From a bacterium (GTDB lineage Bacteria; Patescibacteriota; Minisyncoccia; Minisyncoccales; CG1-02-41-26), in contig JAUXAO010000001.1 of the NCBI GenBank assembly GCA_030619905.1, positions 48,348-112,347 on the forward strand: 64,000 nucleotides of DNA. The letters run 5' to 3'. The notes under the pieces were generated by a model. That model was not told the DNA's origin, searched no databases, and saw nothing but the letters and a program-made list of their open reading frames with translations. Position 1 is the first letter of the stretch. The number at the start of each line of letters is the position of its first letter. The position numbers and the translations under genes are program-made. Shown here one piece after another: positions 1-9,725 of the stretch.

Positions 1-2
1 AC

Positions 3-551
3 GACGCGGCTGGTGAATGCTTTGATAAAACAGCCAGGATTTTAGGGCTTGATTATCCAGGAGGACCAGCTATTGCATCTGAGGCATTAAAATTATCAAT
101 TACCAAAGATCAATCATTAATTAGACTACCAAGGCCGATGATTAACAGTAAAAATTATGATTTCTCTTTTTCAGGATTGAAGACAGCAGTCTTATATGAT
201 TTCAAAAAAAGACCAGAAAAGATAAGACATTCAAGAAAATATATCAGCGAAATGGCAAAAGAAATTCAGCAGACAATTATTGACATCCTAATTAAAAAAA
301 CAATTAAAGCCGCTAAAGATTACAAGGTAAAAAGCATTATCCTGGGAGGCGGCGTGGCTGCTAATAAAGAATTGCGAAAACAATTTAAAGAAAGAATTAA
401 AAAAGAAATACCAAGTATTAAATATTATTTATCAAACACTGGATATTGCACTGATAATGCAGCTATGATTGGAGTAGCAGGATATTTTAACCAAAAAAAG
501 TCCACAAAAAATTGGCGAAAAATCCAAGTAAATGCTAATTTAAGGATATGA
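3..551 (+). CDS. tsaD: tRNA N6-threonylcarbamoyladenosine synthase TsaD (Kae1/YgjD family), C-terminal part; 5' end lies outside the window
   Basis: The frame is open from the window edge (DAAGECFDKTARILGLDYPGGPAIA...). The C-terminal region GGGVAANKELR...YCTDNAAMIG is typical of Kae1/TsaD. The track ORF 138..551 starts at an internal Met. Confidence 0.75.
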   Translation, partial: DAAGECFDKTARILGLDYPGGPAIASEALKLSITKDQSLIRLPRPMINSKNYDFSFSGLKTAVLYDFKKRPEKIRHSRKYISEMAKEIQQTIIDILIKKTIKAAKDYKVKSIILGGGVAANKELRKQFKERIKKEIPSIKYYLSNTGYCTDNAAMIGVAGYFNQKKSTKNWRKIQVNANLRI

Positions 552-2683
552 ATATTCCAAAAGTTTACAAACCAAAAACTATTGAAGGAAAAATCTACAA
601 ACTCTGGGAAAAATCAGGTTTTTTAAAAGCTAATCCTAAAAGCAAGAAAAAACCCTTTACTATTATTATGCCACCGCCTAATGCTAACGGGGTTTTACAT
701 ATTGGACACGCTGTTTTTGTTACTTTAGAAGATATTATGATTCGTTATCAAAGAATGAAAGGGAGAGAGGTTCTCTGGCTACCAGGAACTGATCATGCTG
801 GAATCATGACTCAAGTCGTTTATGAAAAAAAATTAGCTAAACAAGAAAAGACAAGATTTGATTTGGGCCGAGAAGAATTTTACAAACAGACATATAAATT
901 CTCAATGGAAAATAAGAAAAAAGTGGAAAGCCAACTTAGGAAATTAGGAGCAAGTTGTGATTGGAGTCGTTCAAAGTTCACTCTAAATCCAAAAATAAGT
1001 AAAGCTGTTTTTTATACTTTTAAAAAAATGTATGAAGATGGGTTGATTTATCGAGGTAAAAGAATTATAAATTGGTGCCCGAGATGCCAGACAGCCCTTT
1101 CTGATTTAGAAGTAGATCATCAAAAGAGAAAAGATCCACTTTTTTATATAAAATACGGACCTTTGGTTCTGGCTACAGTGAGACCGGAAACAAAATTCGG
1201 TGATACAGCTATAGCAGTTCATCCAGACGATAAACGCTACAAAAAATATATTAATAAAGAGATTAAAGTAAAAACTGTCTTAGGTGAAGTCAAAATGAAG
1301 GTTATTTCTGACAAGAACATTGATCCAGAATTTGGGACTGGTGTAGTAAAAATAACGCCAGCTCATGATCCTAATGATTTTGAAATTGGAAAAAGGCATA
1401 AATTAGAAATTCGTCAGGTTATCGGTTTTGACGGTAAAATGAACAAAAAAGCAGGAAAATATGTTGGAATGAAAATATTAGAAGCCAGGGAAAAAATTGT
1501 CAAAGAATTGCAAAAAATGAATCTGATAAAAAAAATCGATTCAAATTATAAACATAATGTGGCAGTTTGTGGACGCTGTAAAGCCACTATCGAACCATTA
1601 ATTTCTGAACAATGGTTTATCAAAACTAAAAAATTAGCTGCTCCGGCTATAAAAGCAGTAAAAGATAAAAAGATAGAATTTATCCCCAAGTATTTTAAAA
1701 AGATTTACTATCATTGGATGGAGAATATCAGAGATTGGTGCATATCCAGACAAATTTGGTGGGGTCACAGAATACCTGTCTGGTATTGCCAGTGTGGAGA
1801 AAAAATAATAGCTATTGAAAAACCAAAATCTTGTCCTAAATGTAAGAATTCAAAATTAAGACAGGATACTGACACTCTTGATACATGGTTTTCTTCGGGT
1901 CAATGGCCATTTACTGTCTTTGGTTGGCCTAAAAAAACTGAAGATTTTAAATATTTTTATCCCACTACTGTTTTAGAGACAGGCTGGGATATTCTATTCT
2001 TTTGGGTAGCTAGAATGATTATGTTCGGAATTTACTGTACTAAAAAAATACCCTTTCATTATGTTTATCTGCATGGTTTAGTCCGAGATAAAGATCGTCA
2101 GAAAATGTCAAAATCGAAAGGCAACGTGATTGATCCTTTGGGCGTAATTGATCTCTATGGAGCCGATGCTCTACGTATGGCTCTGGTTTTTGGAACAAGC
2201 CCGGGAAGAGATGTTATAATTTCTGAAGACAAAATTATCAGTCAAAGAAAATTTACCAATAAGATTTGGAATGCTACCAGGTTTATTCTAGGACAAATTG
2301 AAAACTCAAAATTTCAAAATCCAAAATTAAAAATCAAAACAGAAAATTTGACTAAAGCAGATAAAAAAATATTGAAGGCATTAGATAAAACAGTTAGATT
2401 AGTAACTAAAAATCTCGACGATTTCCAATTTCATGAAGCGGCTCAAAACTCCTATCATTTTTTCTGGCATGAATTCTGTGATTATTATATTGAAGAATCA
2501 AAAAAACAATTCCAAACTCCGGATATCAAATATCAAACATCAAATATTCTTTTATACGTTTTACTGGCTTCCTTAAAACTTCTTCATCCTTTTATGCCTT
2601 TTATCACTGAAGAAATATATCAAAAATTACCATTAGAAAACAAGAAAAAATGTTTAATGGTTGAACAATGGCCCAAAATATGA
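548..2683 (+). CDS. valS: valyl-tRNA synthetase (shortened, 711 aa)
   Basis: PPPNANGVLHIGHA (ValRS-type HIGH signature); KMSKSKGN motif; class I editing and anticodon-binding regions present. Short relative to typical ValRS of about 880 aa. Confidence 0.8.
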   Translation: MNIPKVYKPKTIEGKIYKLWEKSGFLKANPKSKKKPFTIIMPPPNANGVLHIGHAVFVTLEDIMIRYQRMKGREVLWLPGTDHAGIMTQVVYEKKLAKQEKTRFDLGREEFYKQTYKFSMENKKKVESQLRKLGASCDWSRSKFTLNPKISKAVFYTFKKMYEDGLIYRGKRIINWCPRCQTALSDLEVDHQKRKDPLFYIKYGPLVLATVRPETKFGDTAIAVHPDDKRYKKYINKEIKVKTVLGEVKMKVISDKNIDPEFGTGVVKITPAHDPNDFEIGKRHKLEIRQVIGFDGKMNKKAGKYVGMKILEAREKIVKELQKMNLIKKIDSNYKHNVAVCGRCKATIEPLISEQWFIKTKKLAAPAIKAVKDKKIEFIPKYFKKIYYHWMENIRDWCISRQIWWGHRIPVWYCQCGEKIIAIEKPKSCPKCKNSKLRQDTDTLDTWFSSGQWPFTVFGWPKKTEDFKYFYPTTVLETGWDILFFWVARMIMFGIYCTKKIPFHYVYLHGLVRDKDRQKMSKSKGNVIDPLGVIDLYGADALRMALVFGTSPGRDVIISEDKIISQRKFTNKIWNATRFILGQIENSKFQNPKLKIKTENLTKADKKILKALDKTVRLVTKNLDDFQFHEAAQNSYHFFWHEFCDYYIEESKKQFQTPDIKYQTSNILLYVLLASLKLLHPFMPFITEEIYQKLPLENKKKCLMVEQWPKI

Positions 2684-3363
2684 CTTACTTTCTTTATCTT
2701 TTTGGCTTTCTGCCAAGTATTATCTGGCTTTTATTCTATTTGAGAAAAGATGTCCATCCCGAATCAAATCATGCCGTCTTGAAAATCTTCTTCTATGGAA
2801 TGTTGATTGCCTTCGCAGCAATCTTTCTCGAAATAGGATTCAAAAAAATATCTTCAAATTTACTTTTGTATGTTTTCATCGGTGGAGCAATGGTTGAAGA
2901 ATACTTAAAATATTTAGTTATTAAATTTAAAGTTTTGAGAAGTTCGGAATTAGATGAACCAGTAGACATCATTCTTTATATGATTATTGCTGGTTTAGGT
3001 TTTGCCGCTCTAGAAAATATTTTAATTCTTATTAACTACCATCCTTTTTTAGAACTGCCAAAGACATTAGAGATTATTACTCTGCGTTTTTTGACAGCTA
3101 CTTTCCTTCACGCTCTATGTTCAGGAGTCGTGGGCTATTTTTTAGCAATTTCTTTTTTCAATATCAGAAAACAGAAAAAACTCTTATTAATGGGTCTAGG
3201 AATAGCAACTATCTTGCACGGTTTATATAATTTATCTATAATAAAGATTGATGGTTGGGAAAAGTTTATTCTACCAATTATCATCCTTATTGGAACAGCT
3301 TCGTTTGTTTCCATCAGTTTCAAAAAACTTAAAAGGTTAAAAAGTATTTGTATAATAAAATAA
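2668..3363 (+). CDS. PrsW-family intramembrane metalloprotease-like membrane protein
   Basis: Polytopic membrane protein with the EEYLK (EExxK), FLHAL (FxxxH) and HGLYN (HxxxN) motifs characteristic of the PrsW/CPBP-like family. Confidence 0.6.
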   Translation: MAQNMTYFLYLFGFLPSIIWLLFYLRKDVHPESNHAVLKIFFYGMLIAFAAIFLEIGFKKISSNLLLYVFIGGAMVEEYLKYLVIKFKVLRSSELDEPVDIILYMIIAGLGFAALENILILINYHPFLELPKTLEIITLRFLTATFLHALCSGVVGYFLAISFFNIRKQKKLLLMGLGIATILHGLYNLSIIKIDGWEKFILPIIILIGTASFVSISFKKLKRLKSICIIK

Positions 3364-3376
3364 TTAATTTAATTTT

Positions 3377-3859
3377 ATGTCCTTTTTAAAAAAATCAAAA
3401 AGGAATATTGAGCTTGAAGAAGAAACAGGAGAAAAATTAAAAGAGAATAAAAAGAGAAAAAATGAGAGAAAAGGAGAAGTTTCTCTTCAAAAACCAGATG
3501 AAGAGATAAATGATTGGCTAGAAACTGAAGGTCAACTAGCAGTTGATGTTTACCAGACAAAATCTTTTTTCATTATTCAAGCTCCAGTGGCTGGAATAAA
3601 ACCAGAGGATCTGGATATTTCAATTGAAGACGGAATTTTAGTTATAAAAGGAAAAAGAGAAAAAATAGAAGAAGTCCAAGAAAAAGATTATTTCTATCAG
3701 GAATGCTACTGGGGAGCTTTTTCCAGAAAAGTAAGTTTACCAGAAGATGTTGACTCTTCAAAAATAAAAGCGTCTCTGAAAAAAGGAATCTTAGTTATAA
3801 AACTTCCAAGAATCATTAAAAAAGGAAAGAAGAAGATTATTATTGAAGAGGAAGAATAA
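3377..3859 (+). CDS. Hsp20/alpha-crystallin family small heat shock protein
   Basis: Alpha-crystallin domain pattern (LAVDVYQT...IQAPVAGIKPEDLDISIEDGILVIKG...SLPEDVDSSKIKASLKKGILVIKLPR). Confidence 0.75.
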   Translation: MSFLKKSKRNIELEEETGEKLKENKKRKNERKGEVSLQKPDEEINDWLETEGQLAVDVYQTKSFFIIQAPVAGIKPEDLDISIEDGILVIKGKREKIEEVQEKDYFYQECYWGAFSRKVSLPEDVDSSKIKASLKKGILVIKLPRIIKKGKKKIIIEEEE

Positions 3860-3894
3860 TTAAAACTCTATTTTGATATTAAGTTTTATTGAAT

Positions 3895-3922
3895 AAAAAA
3901 AGCCGTTTCAACGGCTTTTTTG
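3895..3922. terminator. Rho-independent terminator-like hairpin (bidirectional)
   Basis: aaaaaGCCGTTtcaAACGGCtttttt lies directly after the Hsp20 stop codon, with A and T runs on both sides. Confidence 0.6.
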
Positions 3923-4004
3923 TGCCCTCGGCAGGATTTGAACCTGCATGGGTTTCCCCACAGCGTCCTAGGCGCTGCGCGTCTACCAATTTCGCCACGA
4001 GGGC
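3923..4004 (-). tRNA. tRNA-Leu (anticodon TAG), long variable arm
   Basis: Reverse-complement reading GCCCTCGTGGCGAAATTGGTAGACGCG CAGCG-CCTAGGA-CGCTG ... GGTTCAAATCC...CGAGGGCA; class II tRNA with a T-loop. Position 33 reads as C, which is unusual. Confidence 0.7.
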
Positions 4005-4032
4005 TCTTTGACAAGTTTTATTTTAACAAAAA

Positions 4033-4058
4033 CTGAGGCGGTTTTAAAGCCGCCTCAG
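4033..4058 (-). terminator. Terminator hairpin downstream of minus-strand gene 4104..4445
   Basis: CTGAGGCGGttttaaaGCCGCCTCAG followed on the minus strand by a TTTTTG run. Confidence 0.5.
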
Positions 4059-4103
4059 TGGGAAAAACGTCTCGAGATATCTTAAAGATTGACAATAAAT
4101 TTT

Positions 4104-4445
4104 CTAGACGCTTCCCAGAAGAGTCTCTATCAATACAGGAAGTCCTTTTGCTAATAAAGCTACTGCAATACCTATCAAGGCGTATATTAACATTTGCCTA
4201 GCTTTAGTAATTGTATCCGGATTGCCGCCCGCTGTTAAAAAATAAAAAGCAGCTAAAATAATAAACAAAACCGCTATAAGCATTACGGCCGTGAAAACAA
4301 AGTTAGTAACATACGTAATTATAGCCAAGAGTTGCTCAGGAGTAGTGATTATTTCTGGTGGTTCATCCACTGCTGACGCTATGGCTGGGAAAACTAACAG
4401 ACTGACAAGACAGACTAAAGTTAATTTCATTAAACTTCTTTTCAT
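4104..4445 (-). CDS. small secreted/membrane pilin-like protein (TrbC/VirB2-like architecture), paralog 1
   Basis: Signal peptide followed by two hydrophobic helices, with a conserved block AAFYFLTAGGNPD...KARQML. Tandem paralog of 4512..4847. Confidence 0.45.
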   Translation of the reverse strand: MKRSLMKLTLVCLVSLLVFPAIASAVDEPPEIITTPEQLLAIITYVTNFVFTAVMLIAVLFIILAAFYFLTAGGNPDTITKARQMLIYALIGIAVALLAKGLPVLIETLLGSV

Positions 4446-4511
4446 ACTATTTTGTTATTTTATTTTTGTTTTATTTTTTAATTAAGAGTATTCGACCTTT
4501 TATAATTTTTA

Positions 4512-4847
4512 TTATTTCACACTCAAAATTTCTTTTATTATACTCATTATTCCTGTACTTAACAATACTATTGCTATTCCTATAATTGTCCAGGTAATTA
4601 TCTTCTTGCCTGTATTTACCCTATCCGGATCGCCAGATGCTGTTATTAAATAAAAGGCACCAATTATTATCATTAATGGGGCTAGAGTCAAAGCTATCCA
4701 ATAAATCCATTTAGAAATTCCTTCCACTAATTCCCGGATATCATCAGCTTCAATAGGATTTTCAATCTCTACTCCTTGAATAAACAATGGAATTAGTAAA
4801 AGAAAGAATAATCCAAAAAATATTATTTTATTAGATAATTTTCTCAT
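4512..4847 (-). CDS. small secreted/membrane pilin-like protein (TrbC/VirB2-like architecture), paralog 2
   Basis: Same architecture and motif as paralog 1 (GAFYLITASGDPDRV...GKKII). Confidence 0.45.
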   Translation of the reverse strand: MRKLSNKIIFFGLFFLLLIPLFIQGVEIENPIEADDIRELVEGISKWIYWIALTLAPLMIIIGAFYLITASGDPDRVNTGKKIITWTIIGIAIVLLSTGIMSIIKEILSVK

Positions 4848-4862
4848 TATATTATTCTACAT

Positions 4863-5387
4863 CTAATCTTTTTCAAAGACAAGTCCATAGTGATAATCCC
4901 CAGCTGAAAATTCTTTTTTCAATTTCAACTTGGACTCTTTGGCCAACTCTTTCACTTCTTCTGGAGAGATTCTCCCTTGCTCAGGCCCTAAAGAAGATTC
5001 CGGTTTCCAATCAACAACTAAAATCTTTCCTTTTTGCTTTAAAACTCTGTTTGCTTCCATGAAAATTTCTTTTTTCTTCTCTGTTTGGAATAAAAGATTT
5101 GTCATTAAAACCAAATCACAGGATAGAACCGGGATTTTCGAACCATTTTCAATTTCTATATCTGATAAAACTTTCCTAATATTCTGAATTCCTTCTGCTT
5201 TCATTTTACTTTCTAGGGCTGACAAGGGTTCTTCTTGAATATCAATAGCATAAATCAAACCCTGCTCTAATCTTTTGGCCAATGGAATAACCCAACCCCC
5301 TGAACCGCATCCAAAATCAGCCGCGGTCATATCATTTCTTAACTTTAATTTATTTAAAACCTCATTTGGATTGACAAATTTTACCAT
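4863..5387 (-). CDS. class I SAM-dependent methyltransferase
   Basis: DFGCGSGGW motif I and a Rossmann-fold pattern. Confidence 0.65.
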   Translation of the reverse strand: MVKFVNPNEVLNKLKLRNDMTAADFGCGSGGWVIPLAKRLEQGLIYAIDIQEEPLSALESKMKAEGIQNIRKVLSDIEIENGSKIPVLSCDLVLMTNLLFQTEKKKEIFMEANRVLKQKGKILVVDWKPESSLGPEQGRISPEEVKELAKESKLKLKKEFSAGDYHYGLVFEKD

Positions 5388-5390
5388 AAA

Positions 5391-7865
5391 TTATAAGCAA
5401 ATAGCTGAAGCTACATTATCCCCTTTAGTCAATCTCATCACTCTAACGCCAGATGAGGCTCGGCCAATAATTGAGATTGAACCAAGGGGAAGTCGGATTA
5501 CCTGGCCATTTTTGGAAATGACAAGTAAGTCCTTTTCTTCTCCTCCCACAATTTTAGAAAAAACAATTTTTCCTGTCTTTTCAGTGATCCTGGCTGTTTT
5601 TATCCCTGTTCCTCCTCTCTTCTGTAATCTGTATTCTCGCACTTTTGTTCTTTTCCCATAACCATTCTCCATAATCACTAGCAAAAATGTTGGGACTTTG
5701 GTCTTCGATGTTTGAGGTTTAATAATATCCATCCCTAAAACCTCATCTCCCTTAGATAACCTTATTCCTCTCACCCCGGCAGCTGCTCTTCCCATTGGTC
5801 TAATATCTTTCTGTTTAAATCGAATTGATTTACCATTTTTCGTCACTAAAATTGTCTCATCACCTTCACTTACAATAGCAACTCCTTTTAAAGTATCTTC
5901 TTTCCCTAAGTTTATAGCTATTAAACCCGACCTTCGAACATTCTGAAAATCTTTTACATTAGTCTTCTTAATTATACCATTTTTAGTCACCATTATTAAA
6001 TACTTAACCCCTTCCTCTATATCTTTCTTACTATAAGGAACTAAATTCATTATTTTCTCTTCTTGAGAAATTTCTAAAAAATTCAAAAGCCCTCTTCCTT
6101 TTGATATCCTTGAAGATTCAGGAATTTCAAAGACTTGAGTTTGAAAAACTTTTCCTGAATTGGTAAAAAAGAGCAAATTATCAAGAGTATTAGTTAAAGA
6201 AAAATGTTCAACAAAATCTTCTTTACCAGTTCCCATCCCTAATATTCCTTTTCCCCCTCTCTGCTGAACTTTATAAACGCTCGGTTTTATCCTTTTAACA
6301 TATCCTCCTTTGGTTAAAATAATTATTGTTTCTTCTTTGGGAATTAAATCTTCATCTCCAATTTCTCCCGGTCTGCCAACAACCGCTTTTGTTCTCCTGT
6401 CATCACCATATTTTTCTTTCACTTCTCTGATCTCTTTTTTCACAAGTTCTTTTATCTTTTTAGAACTCTTTAAAATTAAAGAAAGCTCTTTTATCCTTGC
6501 CTTTATCTCTTTAAGTTCCTTCTCAATTGCCTCTCTCTCCAGTTTTGCTAATGATTGAAGTTTCATTTCTAGAATAGCATTAGCTTGTATTGAGGTAAGC
6601 TTGAATTTCTTCTCTAGGTTCTTCTGAGCTTCATTTCGGTTAGCTGATTTTTTAATAGTAGATATAACTTTGTCAATGTTCTTTTGGGCAATATTCAATC
6701 CTTCCAAAATATGGCTTCTTTCTTTTGACCTCGCTAAATCAAATGTTATTCTTCTTTTGATAACTTTTTCTTTGTATTCTAAATACAAACTTAAAACATC
6801 GCTTAGAGATAAAATTTTCGGCTGAATACCATCCACTAAAGCCAACATATTCAGATGAAAGGTTTTTTGAAGCGAAGTCCATTTATAAAGGCCGTTCAAA
6901 ACTTTTTTAGGAAAACTTCCTAGCTTAAGTTCAATGATAATTCGCATTCCCTCCTTGTCTGACTCGTCTCTGGCATCTTTTATGCCATCTATTCTTTTAT
7001 CCTCCACTAATTTTGCTATCTGTCTAAGTAATTCTGATTTCTGCACTTGAAAAGGAATCTCACTGATAATAATCTGAAATCCCCTTTTTTGCTCCTGAAT
7101 TTCAGCCTTGCCACGAATTAAAATCGGCCCCTTACCTTGAGAATAAGCAGAAATTATATCTTTTTTTCCGTAAATAATACCACCAGTTGGAAAATCAGGC
7201 CCTTTAACAAATTGGAAAAGATCTTCAGTAGTGGCATTAGCGTGGTCAATGAGATAAATAGTAGCATCGCAGACCTCAGAAAGATTATGAGGAGGAATAT
7301 TTGTGGCCATTCCTACGGCAATTCCCAGGGAACCGTTAAGTAAAAGTTGGGGCGCAGGAGAAGGTAAAACAATTGGTTCTTTTTTTGTTCCATCATAATT
7401 CGGACGGAAATCAACTGTGTCTTTTTCAATATCTTGAAGCATTTCTTCACCAATTGATGAAAGGCGTGATTCAGTATATCTCATCGCAGCAAATTCACTA
7501 GGATCATCAATCGAACCAAAATTTCCTTGACCCTGTATTAAAGGATATCTTAAAGAGAAATCTTGAGTCATTCGAACTAAGGCATCATAAAGGGCAACAT
7601 CACCATGAGGGTGGAATTTTCCAAGACAACTTCCAACGACTGTAGCAGATTTTTTAAACTTTGCCGTATGTCTGAGTCCATCTTCGTACATGGTATACAA
7701 AATTCGCCGATGAACCGGTTTTAAACCATCTCTAACATCGGGTAAAGCACGGGAAATAATGACAGACATAGCATAATCTAAATAACTTTCTCTCATTTCT
7801 TCGCTAATCTCCCGAGATTTTATGTAACCTATCTCATTCTCTTGTTTTTGAACATTTTTCGTCAT
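5391..7865 (-). CDS. gyrA: DNA gyrase subunit A
   Basis: [27 protein letters not shown] active-site region and a C-terminal beta-pinwheel repeat region. Confidence 0.95.
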   Translation of the reverse strand: MTKNVQKQENEIGYIKSREISEEMRESYLDYAMSVIISRALPDVRDGLKPVHRRILYTMYEDGLRHTAKFKKSATVVGSCLGKFHPHGDVALYDALVRMTQDFSLRYPLIQGQGNFGSIDDPSEFAAMRYTESRLSSIGEEMLQDIEKDTVDFRPNYDGTKKEPIVLPSPAPQLLLNGSLGIAVGMATNIPPHNLSEVCDATIYLIDHANATTEDLFQFVKGPDFPTGGIIYGKKDIISAYSQGKGPILIRGKAEIQEQKRGFQIIISEIPFQVQKSELLRQIAKLVEDKRIDGIKDARDESDKEGMRIIIELKLGSFPKKVLNGLYKWTSLQKTFHLNMLALVDGIQPKILSLSDVLSLYLEYKEKVIKRRITFDLARSKERSHILEGLNIAQKNIDKVISTIKKSANRNEAQKNLEKKFKLTSIQANAILEMKLQSLAKLEREAIEKELKEIKARIKELSLILKSSKKIKELVKKEIREVKEKYGDDRRTKAVVGRPGEIGDEDLIPKEETIIILTKGGYVKRIKPSVYKVQQRGGKGILGMGTGKEDFVEHFSLTNTLDNLLFFTNSGKVFQTQVFEIPESSRISKGRGLLNFLEISQEEKIMNLVPYSKKDIEEGVKYLIMVTKNGIIKKTNVKDFQNVRRSGLIAINLGKEDTLKGVAIVSEGDETILVTKNGKSIRFKQKDIRPMGRAAAGVRGIRLSKGDEVLGMDIIKPQTSKTKVPTFLLVIMENGYGKRTKVREYRLQKRGGTGIKTARITEKTGKIVFSKIVGGEEKDLLVISKNGQVIRLPLGSISIIGRASSGVRVMRLTKGDNVASAICL

Positions 7866-7880
7866 AAGTTGACTAAATAA

Positions 7881-8186
7881 TTATTCTTGGCTACTGGTTG
7901 AAACCGAATTTTCCTCCATTTCTTTTATTATCTCCTCTATTTTTTTCATTTCTTCCCCAATCTGCTCTGACCATGGAGTTTTCAATTCTTGCTTAAAACT
8001 CTGAATATTCAAGTCCTCTAAAAAACTATCTGTTTTAAGGTTTTCTAGTCTTTTTTTAGAATTCTTTAAAAATAGGACGCCTAATCCTACTGTTAAACCA
8101 ATTATTATAAACCAAAAAATAAACTTTCTATAAGTTAAATCTAATCTTTGAATTTTTTTTAAAAAATTCATTTTAACAAGGTTCAA
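7881..8186 (-). CDS. hypothetical small membrane-anchored protein
   Basis: Single N-terminal hydrophobic helix; no recognisable motifs. Confidence 0.35.
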   Translation of the reverse strand: MNLVKMNFLKKIQRLDLTYRKFIFWFIIIGLTVGLGVLFLKNSKKRLENLKTDSFLEDLNIQSFKQELKTPWSEQIGEEMKKIEEIIKEMEENSVSTSSQE

Positions 8187-8829
8187 GAACTGCTATTTCC
8201 ATCTTTTCTTTTGGTAAATTAAAGGATTTTACCTTAAGTTTTTTTTGAGGTTCAATTGCTGAAGAACCTATTTCTTTCAGGAATTGCTCTAAAGAATTGA
8301 GTTTCAGCTTCAATTTAGGAATTTGGTAGTGCATTGGAATAACCAATTTTGGCTCAATTTGAGAAATAATCTTTGAGGCACCCTTAGCATCAATTGTATA
8401 AACACCCCCTACCGGCACCACTAAAATATCTACATCACCAAGTTGGTCAAGCTGCTCAGAAGTTAATTCTTTTTGACCAAAATCTCCTAAATGACAAATT
8501 TTTATGTCCTCTGTCTCAATAAGATAGATAATAATATCTCCTCTTTTTTCACCTTGAATATTATCGTGAAAAGCTGGAATTCCTTTAATGTGAACACCGT
8601 TTATCTCATATTCGCCAGGCTCCTCAATTAAAAAAGGCGTGCCACTTATTGCTTTTTTATTTGAATGATCAGAATGTTGATGAGTAATAAGTAAAATTCG
8701 AGCTTCGGTTTTCGGCACTTTAAAACCGATGCCTTCATTAAAAGGGTCAATAACAATTTTTAATTCTTTATTTTCTCTGTCTTTGGTAACTATCTCAAAA
8801 AAAGATTGTCCATGCCAAATAATATTCAT
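8173..8829 (-). CDS. MBL-fold metallo-hydrolase
   Basis: HQHSDH (HxHxDH) metal-binding motif. Confidence 0.65.
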   Translation of the reverse strand: MNIIWHGQSFFEIVTKDRENKELKIVIDPFNEGIGFKVPKTEARILLITHQHSDHSNKKAISGTPFLIEEPGEYEINGVHIKGIPAFHDNIQGEKRGDIIIYLIETEDIKICHLGDFGQKELTSEQLDQLGDVDILVVPVGGVYTIDAKGASKIISQIEPKLVIPMHYQIPKLKLKLNSLEQFLKEIGSSAIEPQKKLKVKSFNLPKEKMEIAVLEPC

Positions 8830-8911
8830 AATACGAAAATTAATCTTTATTTATTTTACCATAAGCGCTTTCCTCTTGCAATAAATAAGCTTTTTATGTA
8901 TATTTGTATAT

Positions 8912-9718
8912 ATGTCTCCAAAAAATTTAAGAAAAATCAAAGAAGAAATAATCTGTCCACCAAAAATTGGGGATATCATAGAAGGTGAAGTTGTAGCTTC
9001 TGAATCAAATACACTTTTTTTAGATCTTGGTTTTCAAGGAGTTGGAATAATTTATGGCAGAGCTTTTTATGAATCTAAAGATATCCTAAAAAACCTGAAA
9101 ATCGGGGATAAACTTTCAGCTAAAATAACGAGTCTGGAAAATGAAGATGGTTATCGAGAATTATCGCCAAAAGAGGCAACACAAGAACTTACTTGGGAAG
9201 AATTAAGAGATAAAAAAGAAAAAGGAGAAAGTTTGGAAGTAAAAATTTCCGGAGCAAACAAAGGAGGATTACTCGTTCAAATAATGGGAATCCCAGCTTT
9301 TTTGCCTACTTCTCAATTATCTCCAGAACATTATCCAAGAGTTGAAGGAGGAGATTCTTTAAAAATCGTAAAAGAACTCCAGAAATTTATCGGCCAGAAA
9401 TTAAAAGTGAAGATATTTGCTCTTAATCAAAGGGAGGAAAAAATAATTCTTTCAGAAAAAGCCAGTAAAATGGAAAAGGTTAAAGAAATGTTGAAAAATT
9501 ATAAAACAGGAGATGTAATAGATGGAAAAATTACAGGAATAACAAGTTTCGGCTTATTTTTGAAATTTGACAAAGATAATCTGGAAGGACTTATTCATAC
9601 TTCTGAAATACCAGAAAAAATGAATAAAGATTTATCAAAGATAAAGATTGATCAAAAAGTCAAAGCAAAAATCATTGAAATTAGCGGCGATCGAATCTAT
9701 CTTTCCTTAAAGCTTTAA
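8912..9718 (+). CDS. S1 RNA-binding domain protein (ribosomal protein S1-like, shortened)
   Basis: Three S1-like OB-fold repeats (GDIIEGEVV..., GDVIDGKITGITSFGLFLKF...). Confidence 0.55.
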   Translation: MSPKNLRKIKEEIICPPKIGDIIEGEVVASESNTLFLDLGFQGVGIIYGRAFYESKDILKNLKIGDKLSAKITSLENEDGYRELSPKEATQELTWEELRDKKEKGESLEVKISGANKGGLLVQIMGIPAFLPTSQLSPEHYPRVEGGDSLKIVKELQKFIGQKLKVKIFALNQREEKIILSEKASKMEKVKEMLKNYKTGDVIDGKITGITSFGLFLKFDKDNLEGLIHTSEIPEKMNKDLSKIKIDQKVKAKIIEISGDRIYLSLKL

Positions 9719-9725
9719 TATTAAT

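Noticed and set aside
2661-2897. 78-aa ORF overlapping the valS end and the PrsW start in another frame
   Set aside because: It is an out-of-frame overlap with two well-supported genes.
3135-4485. Small antisense ORFs 3135..3323, 3375..3560 and 4291..4485
   Set aside because: They are antisense to the PrsW-like, Hsp20 and pilin-like genes respectively and lack independent support.
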